This document shows positions 25,018 through 37,054 of a DNA stretch of 37,054 nucleotides, piece after piece (the stretch's first letter is position 1; every line of letters starts with the position of its first letter). This stretch comes from Octopus bimaculoides (lineage: Eukaryota): the NCBI RefSeq assembly GCF_001194135.2, contig NC_068987.1, forward strand, positions 99,564,565 to 99,601,618. Reading direction: 5' to 3'. The position numbers were made by a program, and so were the translations under genes. Under the pieces are notes generated by a model, which was given only the letters and a program-made list of their open reading frames with translations, ran no database searches and was not told the DNA's origin.

Positions 25018-25432
25018 AAAGACTGTTGGATTTTAATCATCGGGTATTGGAATCTTAATAATTGATTTACAAATGCAATGACGAATCTTAAAGACTATTG
25101 GATTTTACTTACAAGGTATTGGGATCTTATATGTATACCATTCTGCCTAAACAATGGATTTACAAATACAATATCCCTGCATTCACTCTCTATTTCCTAT
25201 CTTGACTAAAGTAACTATTGCCTAACCATCTCTGACACCGTCTCCGATGAAAGCTTATAATATATATCATGGAAACAGCTGTAAGACCTTCTATTTATAA
25301 ATGTTCTATATTATACACAGCCTTCGTCTTTTTATCTCATCCCGAAAAGTAAATCCTCATATTCACACGCCGAAATATGACCTACGTTAAACACTTATTC
25401 GCATAATCACCGAACCTGGAGCTTAACTATAG
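25018..25432 (+). mobile_element. Penelope-like terminal (pseudo-LTR) fragment carrying a hammerhead motif
   Basis: Contains GTCTCCGATGA...GAAACAGCTGTAAGAC, typical of PLE termini. Preceded by an imperfect 72-bp-period duplication (25018/25090). Confidence 0.55.
25240..25287 (+). ncRNA. Minimal type I hammerhead ribozyme motif (PLE-type, probably inactivated)
   Basis: Stem I GTCT/AGAC; core CCGATGA (U4>C); GAAA at 25272-25275; palindromic stem III ACAGCTGT; cleavage triplet GUA; stem II degenerate. Confidence 0.65.
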
Positions 25433-25442
25433 NNNNNNNNNN

Positions 25443-25559
25443 TATATATATATGTGTGTATGTGTGTGTGTGTGTGTGTGTGTGCTACATATTCATACAA
25501 TATGTACGCTCACACAGACACACATATATGTATGTATATACATATACATATATGCACAC

Positions 25560-25595
<36 letters not shown>
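25443..25595. repeat. (TA)n/(TG)n microsatellite
   Basis: Directly visible. Confidence 0.95.
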
Positions 25596-25596
<1 letters not shown>

Positions 25597-26899
25597 AGTT
25601 TACATAGATTTCTTTTATTTTCTCCAATCCATTATTTGCAGTTATGGTGAGGCACGTCCAAATCCGCCTCAATACTTGCTTTGTTTAAAGCCTCTACTTA
25701 TTCTCTCGGTCACTGCTTGACGAAACTCAACATTACTGGGAGAGTAAGAAGCCAGCAGGTATTTTCAAAGTGGTGTAATGAAGACAAGAACAAAGAATCA
25801 CACACACACATATATATAGATATATAAAATACATTTTTTGTCTGATTGTTCTTTTCTGCAAATGAACGTATGCTCAAAATGTCAATTATTTCGTCCATTT
25901 TATCTGAGCGCTTTAACCTTAATTGTTGTTCATTATTATTTTCCGTATATTTAGACCATATATACACATTTATATATACGTTGAACTTCTTTCACTGTCT
26001 TTCTACCAAATCTACTCTCAAGTTTTTAGTCGATTCCAGGATATAGTAGAAGCCAATTTCCGACTGAATCTGAAAGAACATAACTAGGTAGCAAGATTCG
26101 TACCATGTTGCCATGTTGGCGCTTGAAATTATATAACTCTCTTGAAATTATATAACTATTATTACAATCTAACTCCTTGCGAATTGCGCTTCCAAGTGAC
26201 AGGAAGAGCCGACATTGAAGAGTCAGAGTGTAGTCATTGCGTACAGTTTGCAACAAGCCAATTGATACTTCTTTAGGACGCATAGATTGGGACTGATCAA
26301 AAGGTATCGATAGGTATTCTCCGTAAGGAAAATCGAGCTCGAGCATACTTTTGCGCTGTTGTTCGATATGTGTTTTCCATTCATGCTACGCTCGCATTCT
26401 GACACCTGCGTTAATGTTTGTAACAGCTCCCTCCCCAGTCAAACACCCCAATACTGTTCTCGACTAAGTCGCGCATCGGCTGTACAACGTCCGTCAAGGC
26501 GCTCGCCTTGCACTGAGTGCTTTGTGCCTGATAATGAAACCCCGCTTGGTGGCCTCCGCATATATTCTCCATCGAGTGAGCTTGAAGACTAAAGATTGAG
26601 CGTTATTTTATCGTTGCAAACGCGCCAAAACGGACGGCGGATTACCCAGGCATGACATACAAGTGGACTACACGTGCCATCGACAGGAAGGGCTGCCGGC
26701 GCGGAGCTATGCCAACAATTAGCCCTTAAAAAAGCGGAGAAAATCAAGCTCAACAAGTTTTCTTTTCCTTTCTCACGGATCCTTTTCTAGCATTTTCATA
26801 GTCAATAGATGGGGACAGTGGTTATCTCGTTCATTAGTTATTGCAGGTGACTAATTCGAGACACTTAGTTACTTACTGGAAAGGTGAAAATTGCTTTAA

Positions 26900-28000
26900 A
26901 TCATATTACCATGGGTGGTTGAGCTGGAAACACTAAAATAACGATGTGTGCAGATGAGCTCCATTTTCAATCAACACTCAGTAACCAGTACAGGCATTTG
27001 GAATGTGGACGTTGCCACGTGATCTGGGGCTGCATTGATCATCTCAACAGTGGATTTACCTGGGTATATCGGTGCAATCATAACCCACAAGATACCGTCC
27101 ATCGTGGCCAATACAACAAGGCAGTGCATCTTAGAAGATTCAAGCCGGACGTGCACAGGAAGCCTATGATTAGGTCGTAGGAGTATCATTAATGACCAAG
27201 ACAGGTGTTGCTCTTTTTTGTCGGTGAATATATAGCGGCCGAAAATTGTACCCTGTGCACGAAATTGAGTCATTTGGTACCGGAGGTAGCAACCGACCGT
27301 ACTTTCACTTGGAGTGAGGTTGCAAAATTCTGATGCCCCAGCCACATATGTAGACCCTAGCTTCAATGACTCTGAAGGATGTCTTACTAGGTTTGGCAAC
27401 CCACCAAATGTAGTGGAGCGCAGAGTGATTTAGATGCGAACAAACCCGGGTTTTCGACTTTGTTAGCTTACCCAAATACGGAATCTCTTAAAGTAAAAAT
27501 CTGTGATACATTAGACTTCGAACCTGATCCAAAGCTTAAAGACATCTTTGATGTGATGTAAAAGCTGTACTAGACAGTCGCCGCCGCAATGAAAGCTGTG
27601 CAGGTTGGAATACTAAAGAGTTGTGAATCTCCAGGAAACCAGTTGTCCTTGATCTCACCAGTTGTATACACATTGATGATATAGGAGATGAATGGCATTT
27701 GGTAATAGTCAACAGCAAGAGACTCGCTTGCTATTTTGAAGACTGGGGTGGCGCTTTCTCCAGAGGTTGGTCATAGGGTTGCAGCTAGTGTCTGCATTCT
27801 TTCGGGACACTAGCGGGGAATCTGTCAGGGCCTGCTGTAGAATAATACTTGATTTCATTTATTGCTGCTATGATATCATAGGCAGTAATAGTTATGCTCG
27901 AGATTATATGTTGGGGGGATAGAGTTCATTCAGATCCCTTGCGTCAATATCAGTGGGATCACTAAGCAAAAAGCAGTATTGTTTCTGCTATAGTTCTGCC
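26900..28000 (-). mobile_element. Decayed CR1/L2-type LINE reverse transcriptase fragment
   Basis: ITITAYDIIAAINEIKYYSTAGPDRFPASVPKEC resembles the pre-RT ..V..AI..L....AGPDG.P...LK.C motif. Also YQMPFISYIINV (NYRPISLTS-like) and QFRAQGTIFG (GVPQGTVLG-like). Confidence 0.75.
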
Positions 28001-28689
28001 CTTTATTTAACGTCAGGCTGGAGAATGCTCTTATCACTTATCAGTGGACCCACCATAGAAACTACACCCCGAAGCTTTCGGGTTCTGTTCCTTTTTTTGA
28101 TTACTCACTTTTCCCCTGAAACTCTTTGAAATATTTTCATGCTAATCTGCAAATTATGTTTTTTTCTAGGTCAAGACTCCTTCCTGCTGTTGGATGTTGG
28201 TGCCGTTGGTGATAACATTTTAATTTGTTGATTAAATTTCATTTTATTCTTTTTTTTATCCTATATGTGAGTTTGATAGGAAGGTGTTTTGAATATGTGT
28301 AGGAGACAATGTCTTTATAGCACTGTCGGGTTTTTTTCAATATCATAGCAAGTATGAGTGAAGGGTGAGTCGATGAGCGATAGTTCTTTTTTAATTGACC
28401 CCTAGTCTTCTTTGTAAAAATAGATGTTGTTGAACACGTGTACATGTCTATCAATTATCACTTTTGTGACGAATATATAAATGTAAATATATTTATTATT
28501 AAACATTGCACAGACCATTCAAAGAATGATATATTTGTATTAGTGATATCAGATAAATTATATTTATACATTGATTTGTTTATTTATATTCCATTGAAAT
28601 ATCTCTAATAGAATTTTCTAAACATCATCAGATGACAGGTACGATTCACCCGTCACACGTATATAACTTGTAAAAATGATTTCTTCCAA

Positions 28690-28963
28690 AGGCATAAAGT
28701 TTGAAATTTTGGGGTGGGGGCTTATCGAATATATCGACCCTAATGCGTTTCTGGTATCTAATACATAGACCTAGTGCTCCCCCGGTACAATGCCCAACAT
28801 TTTTGGAGAGGCGGGGCCTAGTCGGTCACTTTGATCCCAGTGTTTCATTGGTACATAATTTATGGACCGCGAAAAGGAATTTAAACTCAGAACGTAATGA
28901 CAGACAAAATGCTGCTTAGCAATTTGCCTAGCATGCTATCTATTCTACTAGCTCTCCTCTCCG
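28690..28963 (-). mobile_element. Octopus-type tRNA-derived SINE with a duplicated core segment
   Basis: TCGACCC..CTGGTA..AAT occurs twice, followed by GAATTTAAACTCAGAACGTAA..GCTGCTTAGCAATTTGCCTAGCATGCTA (reverse-complement tRNA-like head). Confidence 0.7.
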
Positions 28964-29800
28964 CATTATTAACTATGATAATAATAAGAATGAATAAGAT
29001 TGCAATAATAATCAAACTAGTAATAATTCATTATATTTTATTATTATTTTAGTAGAAGAATGGTAATGTCACAATGCCTGAGATGTAGGTGGACTTCAAA
29101 TGTCGCCGCAATAACCGCACTTTATCTTTCTATGAAATAGATAAGAGGAAGAGCGCAAAGCTTTCAAGTTTAATATTGAAATAAAATGAGAAGATTAACA
29201 ATTTTAGTATCATTTGGGACATTATAAACCAAAACAAAGCTTAAGTCGATGGTTCCAAATATTAAGCCTGGGTATTATGGACGATTTTATTCAATATTGA
29301 ATGAACTCAAAGCTTCTAAAATATTAGTAATACTGGAGATTTAAAACGTACAAAGATATGAATATATCTGGAAGATTATTTTAAATATTTTCGATGAGAC
29401 ATAGACCCGGTGTAAAATAATTAACTGTGATCTTATCCCAATCTCTAATTAGACACACTTTTTACCGTTATTAACTTTGCACTTGTTCGTATACATAACA
29501 TTCTGACATTAATATTTGCTGCACAATTTATGAATTTATTTCATTGAAATATTCAAAATAAATGTCAGTTTTTCTATTCTCATGGCTGATGAGAATACAT
29601 TTTAAAAATCAACTTGCATCCATCGATCAAGTAAATATATTTATCTCACAACGAAGGAACTCTAAACACGTAAATGCGCTTTAAAATGCTGAGACAACAA
29701 AATTAGTCTTCTAAAAAATAAAATATATTTAGTAACCCAGCAAAAAAATCAAACTAATAAAATTGCCAGAAAAACATTCTCAACAGCGAAAGTCAAAATA

Positions 29801-30194
29801 TGCGCTGGCGTGGCTGTGTGTTAAGAAGCTTGCTTCCCAACCAAATGATTCCGGGTTCAGTATCACATTGCAGCACTTTGGGCGAGTGTCTTCTACAATA
29901 GCCGCGGACCGACTAAAGCCTTGTGAGTGGATTGGGTAGACAAAAACCGAAAGAAGCCCGTCATATGTGCGTGTGTTTTCTTTCTGTGTTCCGTTAACTA
30001 TGACAGCTTGGTAACCGATGTTGGTGTGTTTACGTGCCTGTAACTTAACGTTTTAGTAAAGAAACCGACACGATAAGAATTAGGCTTTAACACGAATAAG
30101 TCCTGGGTTATATATGTTCGACTAAAACCCATCAATGCGGTGTTCCAGCATGGACACAGTCGAATGGCTGAAGCAAGTAAAAGAATAAAGAATA
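29801..30194 (+). mobile_element. Full-length OR-type tRNA-derived SINE
   Basis: Head GGCGTGGCTGTGTGTTAAGAAG..CCGGGTTCAGT (A/B boxes), body GAGTGTCTTCTAC..GCCTTGTGAGTGGAT, 3' CCAGCATGGACACAGTCGAATGGCTGAAGCAAG, and an AAGAAT-repeat tail. Confidence 0.92.
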
Positions 30195-30239
30195 GTAAGG
30201 TGAGGATTAAAATTTACTCCAAACCTATGCAAATATATT

Positions 30240-30780
30240 AGAATGAAATCAAAGAAAATATAACAGAATGTTGCTTGACATGCGAGTTATAGAAGCTTTA
30301 CTTAACTATAATAACGACAATGTGTCATTTGTTAAAAAACAAAAGCAATTATATTCCACCTAAAGGTAGGAATAAAACGCTCAACGACTTGTGTGATCAC
30401 AATCTGAACTTCTCTTCTAATACCTTACACAATCACTGATTTAATTCAACTCTCAGTACTTCTGAATAGAAAAACTTAATTGAATTGCACAATGTTAAAG
30501 AATTGGCAATTAAAGAAGCCGATAAAGGACGTACTGTAGTATTGATGGAGACAGAATCCTACAAAGACCTACTAATGTTCATGCTAGGAAACGATTCCAA
30601 CTTCGAAATGGTTAAGAACTATAAACACCAAAAAAATAATGAAAATACTTTTCATCCTTATTTCACTTACATGGAAATGTGTCAGGGAGGAAGATATCGA
30701 TTATGTAACAAACTTTAAATGTAAAGCTAGTTTTTTCTAAGATTTACCAAAAATCCTATAGAACAACATTATTAATATAC
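30240..30780 (+). mobile_element. Penelope-like RT N-terminal fragment
   Basis: HNVKELAIKEADKGRTVVLMETESYKD matches the IIIKxADKGxxVVIMDxxxY motif of PLE RTs. Confidence 0.75.
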
Positions 30781-30818
30781 ATCTCTATGCACTGTTATAA
30801 TATATATATATATAATAC

Positions 30819-30851
<33 letters not shown>

Positions 30852-30853
<2 letters not shown>

Positions 30854-31083
30854 TCTTTTATACTTTTAGTGTATTGCTTCAGTCATTTAACTGTGGTCAT
30901 GCTGGAGTACCACCCTCTTTTGCCGAACCGCTAGGTTACGAAGACATAAACATACCAGCATCAGTTGTCAAACAATGTTGGAGGACAAACACAGATACAC
31001 AAACATACACACACACGCATGCATACACACGCATACACACACACATACACACACACGCACAGACAAATACACACACACACACG

Positions 31084-31117
<34 letters not shown>

Positions 31118-31279
31118 ACGTGCTTCTTTCAGTTTCCGTCTACCAAATCTATTCACAAGGATTTGGTCCACCCGAGGCTATTGTAGAAGACATTTTCCCA
31201 AGGTGCCACGCAGTGGGACTGAACCAGGAGCCATGTGGTTGGTAAACAAGCTACTTACCACACACCCTCTCCTGCGCCT
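30852..31279 (-). mobile_element. Full-length OR-type SINE with internal (CA)n(TA)n expansion
   Basis: Reverse complement of the same family as 29801-30194; internal microsatellite at ~30985-31115. Confidence 0.92.
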
Positions 31280-31409
31280 CTCTATATATAAACGCACATG
31301 CGTGTATGTATGTATCTATATATATATACAGGATCAGCGACTGTGTGTTGTTTAAAAAATATATACTATTTGCAAGTGGAGAGAGGTTTCGTCACTAACG
31401 TCTGGTTGT

Positions 31410-31453
31410 CTCACACTGAGGACAGATAACATCCAGAAATCTAGGTCTGTTAG
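31410..31453 (+). ncRNA. Minimal type I hammerhead ribozyme motif, copy 1
   Basis: CTCACA-CTGAGGA-c-AGAT.AAC.ATCC-a-GAAA-TCTAGG-TC-TGTTAG. Core intact, GUC triplet, near-palindromic stem III (ATCTAGGT), stem I 5/6 paired. Confidence 0.6.
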
Positions 31454-31754
31454 TATCAGGTAACGCTAGGGATGGGAGCAATGACCTCTCGTGCAAATGC
31501 TATACGGATACAATCAGTATGTCGGCAGCCATTTGGAAAAAATATATTTTGCTGGGGCTAAAACATCAGTAGTATCGTCCTTCATAAGACTGCCACATTC
31601 TGTTCGCATATAATCATTACTATTCGGTACTGTTACTTTAGCTCAGGGATTTAAAACACGTAGATTTTCTTTATACGAGATCAGCAATTGTGTGTCGCTC
31701 AAATAATATATAGTATTTGCAAATGGAAAGCTTTTATCATTAGCTTGTGGCTGT

Positions 31755-31798
31755 CTCAAACTGAGGACGGATAACATCCAGAAACGCAGGTCTGTGAA
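31755..31798 (+). ncRNA. Minimal type I hammerhead ribozyme motif, copy 2
   Basis: CTCAAA-CTGAGGA-c-GGAT.AAC.ATCC-a-GAAA-CGCAGG-TC-TGTGAA. Core intact, perfect 4-bp stem II, 2-bp stem III, GUC triplet. Confidence 0.6.
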
Positions 31799-32078
31799 TA
31801 TCACCTAAGACTAGAGATGGAAGCGATGACGTCCTTTGCAAATGCTGTACAGACATGAACTGTGTCGATAGCCATCTGGAAAGGATGTTTTCCTGTAGCT
31901 AAAACAACACTAGTATCGTGCTTTGTAAGACTGTCATATTCTGTTGGAATATAAACATTACTGTGTATATATATTATATGTGTTTGTGTGTATGTGTAGG
32001 AGGTTGAAAAGGAACACACGAGTTGATATGTATATGGAAAATAAGACAAGGTAGAACTATCAAAGATGCACAAGAGTA

Positions 32079-32081
<3 letters not shown>

Positions 32082-32154
<73 letters not shown>

Positions 32155-32170
32155 AAGGAGAGAGAGAGAG
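32082..32170. repeat. (AG)n microsatellite
   Basis: Directly visible. Confidence 0.98.
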
Positions 32171-32359
32171 AACAAGGAAATGTCCTTTTGGAAACTATGG
32201 AAGTATTTTAAAAACGCATTGCATTTAATTTTCTCACAGTTTAATTGTTTTTTATGCTTTACTCTGAGTTGAAAAATTCGCAAAAATTAAAACTGGTACT
32301 AAAATGTTCTTCATAATCAAATTATTTTTAGCATTCTCTAACTTTTCTTATTCTCATTA

Positions 32360-32470
32360 TGTATGTATGTATGTATGTATGTATGTATGTATGTATGTAT
32401 GTATGTATGCGTGTATGCATGTATGCATGTATGTGTGTGTGTATGTATGTATATATATATATATATATAT
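32360..32470. repeat. (TATG)n/(TG)n/(TA)n microsatellite
   Basis: Directly visible. Confidence 0.98.
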
Positions 32471-32925
32471 ATTACATTTCAGATCATTGAATATAAAGTA
32501 ACATAACTTTAGAACTTCCTAAGGACTTCAATATCAATACAATAATTACTGTTATTGAGATATCATTTATCCTTAAACGTACATTCACAAATTCTAAGCT
32601 ACACAATTTCGATTAGGTCAATCAATAGTGTTAGTAATTAAAGTAATATTATTTCTATTACTATAATAAAAACACGCATCTAATCAATTGTTATTTATTG
32701 AAGTGATAATTCTAAATAAAGTTATATATACTCAAAAGAGAATTCTAACCGTTTCATTATTAATTATTTTATTATATACATTTTCCTTATTATAATATTT
32801 AAACATATATCAGTAAAACAATTTAACAAAATTAGTTATGTATTGCAGAAGGAATAATAGACCAAATATTATTACCTTCATCAATGTTATGAAAATTAAC
32901 ATATGGAATATAGTTTCAACTCTTG

Positions 32926-33061
<136 letters not shown>

Positions 33062-33379
33062 GTTACACTTAAGTTATCCATATTATTGATATTAATTTTA
33101 GAATATAGATTTACACTACATTTTTTCTGTGCTCCTGATTAGTTTATTATGAGATTCATTTGTGGTCAATTTATTCATAAAATTATCATCCTTATTTTTT
33201 TATGAGATTTACCAAGTTTAATTGCATTACTCACACCACTGACATTATATTTACCTGATCCGTTGTGCATCGATTTAGTATTATTATATTTTTTTTACTG
33301 TTTTTATCCTTTTTACAATAAACAATATACAATCTTATGTATATATTGCACTTTATTAAGGGATACATTAAATTATTCA

Positions 33380-34320
33380 GCATTACTATTGAAAATTTCA
33401 TTAGAAGATAAACATAAAATTCGTCTCTAAATATTTAAAACCAAAGTACGTCAATTCCTGTAGGCTGTTACTATTAAAATTAATATACTCCAAATTAGTA
33501 TTAAGATTATGATATGTAACAAGATTCAGATTAACATCTAAATAATTAACAGAATCATGTTCATTTTCAATAGAAACAGATAAACCGAATATTTTTAAAA
33601 TCCATGAAGTCTTTTCATATACAAATCTAATTCCCTATTGGATAGGTTATCAATTAAAAACATCATCTCTGTACAACCCCCATCTAAGTTCCGGAAATGC
33701 ATTACCTAAATAAATAAACAGAATGTATATCTCTACAAGATGAGTAACCTGATCAAAATCAGCTGATCCCATAGAAATATCAAAGCCATCATACTTATTT
33801 TTTCTAACTCAGTATTTATTATTAAATAATGTTACTGATTTTCTGGCTTCTAAAATTACTTCAATTTCTTTTGAATTAAGCTTAGATCTATTTTTAGCAA
33901 ACAAAATAGCCTGATTAAGAACTGTAGGATTTATAGATGAATGATAATTATCAATATTTATTTGTATAAATTCACTTTTATATTTATTATCTATTCCAAC
34001 AAACAAATTAGTAACGTCCTGCGTATTTAACCATAGTTCAAGTTTCAATTTTCTCCTACGTGTAGATAAATATTTATCTAAAATGATTTTACTTAATTTA
34101 CCTCGAATAGATAGGCTTGCGCAAATTAAGCTAAATTTAAGGTTAGAATAGAAATTATCTTTATGATCTTTTTTAAGTTGTTCTAGGCCTCATATACTCA
34201 AATGACACTGTCCTGTTGTCAACATCATACTCTTCCATAATCTTCTTAGCTTCAAAGTTAATAGACCGTAAAATATTTTACTGACTACCTTATTGTTAAT
34301 AATTATTTCCTTTTCAATCA
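33380..34320 (-). mobile_element. Second Penelope-like RT fragment (same broad family as 13200-15690)
   Basis: RGKLSKIILDKY..KLELWLNTQDVTNLF..SEFIQINIDNYHSSI..VLNQAILFAK..ILEARKS; FDISMGSADFDQVTHLVEIYIL; YRDD catalytic motif; NYLDVNLNL. Confidence 0.88.
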
Positions 34321-34334
34321 GGACATGACATTTT

Positions 34335-34432
34335 AATATGTGGTACTTTGGGCAAGTGTCTTCTACTATAGTCACGGGCAAACCGAACCTTGCGAGTGAA
34401 TTTGGTAGAGGGAAACTGAAAGAAACTGTCAT
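34335..34432 (+). mobile_element. OR-type SINE fragment running into a gap
   Basis: CTTTGGGCAAGTGTCTTCTACTATAG..CCTTGCGAGTGAATTTGGTAGA..AACTGAAAGAA matches the SINE body at 29875-29960. Confidence 0.85.
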
Positions 34433-35559
34433 ATATATNNNNNNNNNNNNNNNNNNNNNNNNNNNNNNNNNNNNNNNNNNNNNNNNNNNNNNNNNNNNNN
34501 NNNNNNNNNNNNNNNNNNNNNNNNNNNNNNNNNNNNNNNNNNNNNNNNNNNNNNNNNNNNNNNNNNNNNNNNNNNNNNNNNNNNNNNNNNNNNNNNNNNN
34601 NNNNNNNNNNNNNNNNNNNNNNNNNNNNNNNNNNNNNNNNNNNNNNNNNNNNNNNNNNNNNNNNNNNNNNNNNNNNNNNNNNNNNNNNNNNNNNNNNTAT
34701 ATATGTATGTGTGTGTGTGTGTATGTGTGTATGTGTGTGTGTGTGTGTATGTATGTATATTTGTATGTTTGTGTCTGTGTTTTTTCTCCTTGAATGTCAA
34801 TTTTAATGTAACTAAAAATCCCATCTCTAAATAAAAAGCAGTCAACATTCTTCTTTCAAGCACTTAAACCAAATGTTAAAGTACAAATGCTAGCAACATG
34901 TATCTGGAACCTGATAGGCAACACTGTTTCACACAAACAATGAGAATCGTACTGTTATTTAGGTCAAGCATAAACAGGTTAAAAGTGCCGATTCTGTATC
35001 ATGGAAAGAATACGCATCTATATACGATCGAAGACCTGCGCCGAATTACTAAATTCGCGATCAGCATTTCTTGAAACGAATTATGCTTCACGACAAATTT
35101 ATTTTGATGGACTGGAAGTCTTTTACCTCACCGGTTTCGACATTGAGTTTGACGCGCTTTAACCTCAACCACTTTTGATTACCCTACACTTGAAGTTAAT
35201 TTTCGATTTTATTCAACATTAACGAATTACTTTATTTAAAAGATTAAAGAAAATAAATTTGTACCTTCTTTAATTATTTTCTCATTGATTTCTTTTCATT
35301 TTATCTCGTAACTTTTCTTGTATTTCCTCATGTATTCGCGCCGTTGTGCCTCGTGGGCTCTGGATTATTGCATGGTTCGCTTTGTATGTCCCTCCGATTA
35401 ATGCTTCATATAAGCATGAAACTTGAAGTACTTCATGTATTACTAATGCACTAATACTTATTACTAAGATACTAATGTATTATTTATTGATTAAATTACT
35501 TTTATCTCTCCTTAGACAGAATTTTCTTTGCTGATACTACCAACAAAGAAACAGTATTC

Positions 35560-36053
35560 ACACACACATGTAAAAGCGTATATACGTGTATGCGTGAGAG
35601 AGAGAGAGAGAGGGGGGATATATTGTCTATGTGGATATGTGTGCGCACGCAATTTTGTGTGTGTGTGTGCGTGTGTGTATGTGTGTGAGAGGGAGAGAGA
35701 GAGGCAAGTCATTTACTCTGAAGACATGATGCGAAACTAAAACAATGAAAGCGTCGAAGGTACGTATTAACCATTCAAATAGTAACAAGGACAGTTAACA
35801 TCACTAAAACATTCATTATCTGATCTCAAATTTTTTTGTCACACCAATTGTGACTCCAACCGATATTATTCCAGTGCATCTGCTGAATTGCATCATTGAA
35901 CTACTTATGCGAAGAAAACTAAATAATAAATATTAAAGTAAATTCCACAGTACATAGATACAAGTATACACCTGTGCCTGTGTTTGTGTGTGCATGCAGA
36001 CATATATACGTATGTATATGTGTACATAAATACAGACACACACTCACACACAC

Positions 36054-36084
<31 letters not shown>

Positions 36085-36145
36085 CACACATAATACATAT
36101 ATATATGTTGATGCATGCGTATATATGTACGTATACATGTGCATG
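35560..36145. repeat. (CA)/(AG)/(TG)/(TA) microsatellite clusters
   Basis: Directly visible at ~35560-35705 and ~36000-36145. Confidence 0.9.
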
Positions 36146-37054
36146 TGTAATATGTAAACGAAATGAACAAGGGATAAATACATGTGAAGTACATTAAAAT
36201 ATATTACCAATATTTTTCAGAAAGTTACATATTACTTAAATAAATATACATTATTTTAATATGTAAGCCTTGATTATTTTTCTATTTATTAAAATGTATT
36301 TCTAATATTGTCCATTATCATGTGTACATTACCGGCACAAAAACGTAGAGTTCATAAACAAAATATTAAAGTTATCAGGTGAATCTGATTAGAGGAGGTC
36401 TAAAATCAAATAATCTAATGTAGTCATAAAAAATAGAGAACTAGAAAATAATGAACTATCAATTTGTGCAATATAGTTTAAATCTATATACTATGTAACA
36501 AGAGTTTTTCAGAAATGCATTCTATAAATAAAACATAATAGACTAGTGCGAGTGCGACTGTAATAAAACATTAGTCATACAGAGAAATATGGAGAAACTA
36601 TTGACGGCACCAAGAAGCCGTACCGTAAAGGTAAGGAAAAGAAAAAAAAAACCTCCCTATATCATTTCAAACGATAAGAAATGACAAAATCGCGAGAGCA
36701 AGTATAGCTACAAAGTGAAAATAATAATAACAGAGAAGCCAAGTGCAACAGAATAAGGAATATCAAGAGTATTGATCTTACATTCATGTTGATCAAACGT
36801 ACTACATTGCATATATAGTAAAATACACATACGAAATTCTGAACTCCTTGACACGAAAATATGAGTCATTAAAAAAATGTTTGTATAGGGCGCTACTGTA
36901 ATTTAAGATATTGTAAAACAACAAATATCACAAATGCTGCAGAATATATAAGCTTACAAGATTGCAATGAATTTTTAAATTATTATAATAAAAATACTAA
37001 ATATAATACATGGAAAAGCACCCCACACACTATATATATATATATATATATATA

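Larger units (their letters stand above)
31326..31962. repeat. ~345-bp diverged tandem duplication (~1.85 units)
   Basis: Units start at ~31326 and ~31673 and are collinear throughout (e.g. GATCAGC, TATTTGCAA, TGTCTCA-ACTGAGGAC-GATAACATCCAGAAA, TGCAAATGCT, GCTAAAACA, TAGTATCGT, TAAGACTG, ATTCTGTT, CATTACT). Indels are not multiples of three. Confidence 0.95.

Noticed and set aside
26411-26572. 53-aa minus ORF with ICGGHQAGFHYQAQSTQCKA, resembling a nuclear-receptor zinc finger
   Set aside because: Lacks the first Cys, the CEGCKGFF box and the whole second finger.

Overview
Eukaryotic, very AT-rich, microsatellite-dense genomic DNA with four assembly gaps. The SINE repertoire looks like Octopus (cephalopod); this is inferred from remembered repeat sequences, not from a search. 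No host protein-coding gene can be identified with confidence, and most listed ORFs are microsatellite or gap artefacts. The window is mainly decayed retroelements: R4/Dong-like and HERO-like RLE LINEs abutting (TAA)n/(ATT)n tracts, three Penelope-like element (PLE) fragments, a CR1/L2-like RT and several tRNA-derived SINEs. The most notable signal is a ~345-bp tandem duplication (31326-31962) in which each unit carries a minimal type I hammerhead ribozyme motif (CTGAGGA-stem II-GAAA-short stem III-GTC). This is the architecture of an animal non-LTR retrozyme or a PLE pseudo-LTR. A third, PLE-type hammerhead lies at 25240-25287. Other leads are a GC-rich pseudoknot-capable segment after the HERO element, several perfect hairpins and MITE-like foldbacks, a CpG-rich promoter-like patch and a series of candidate minus-strand exons.
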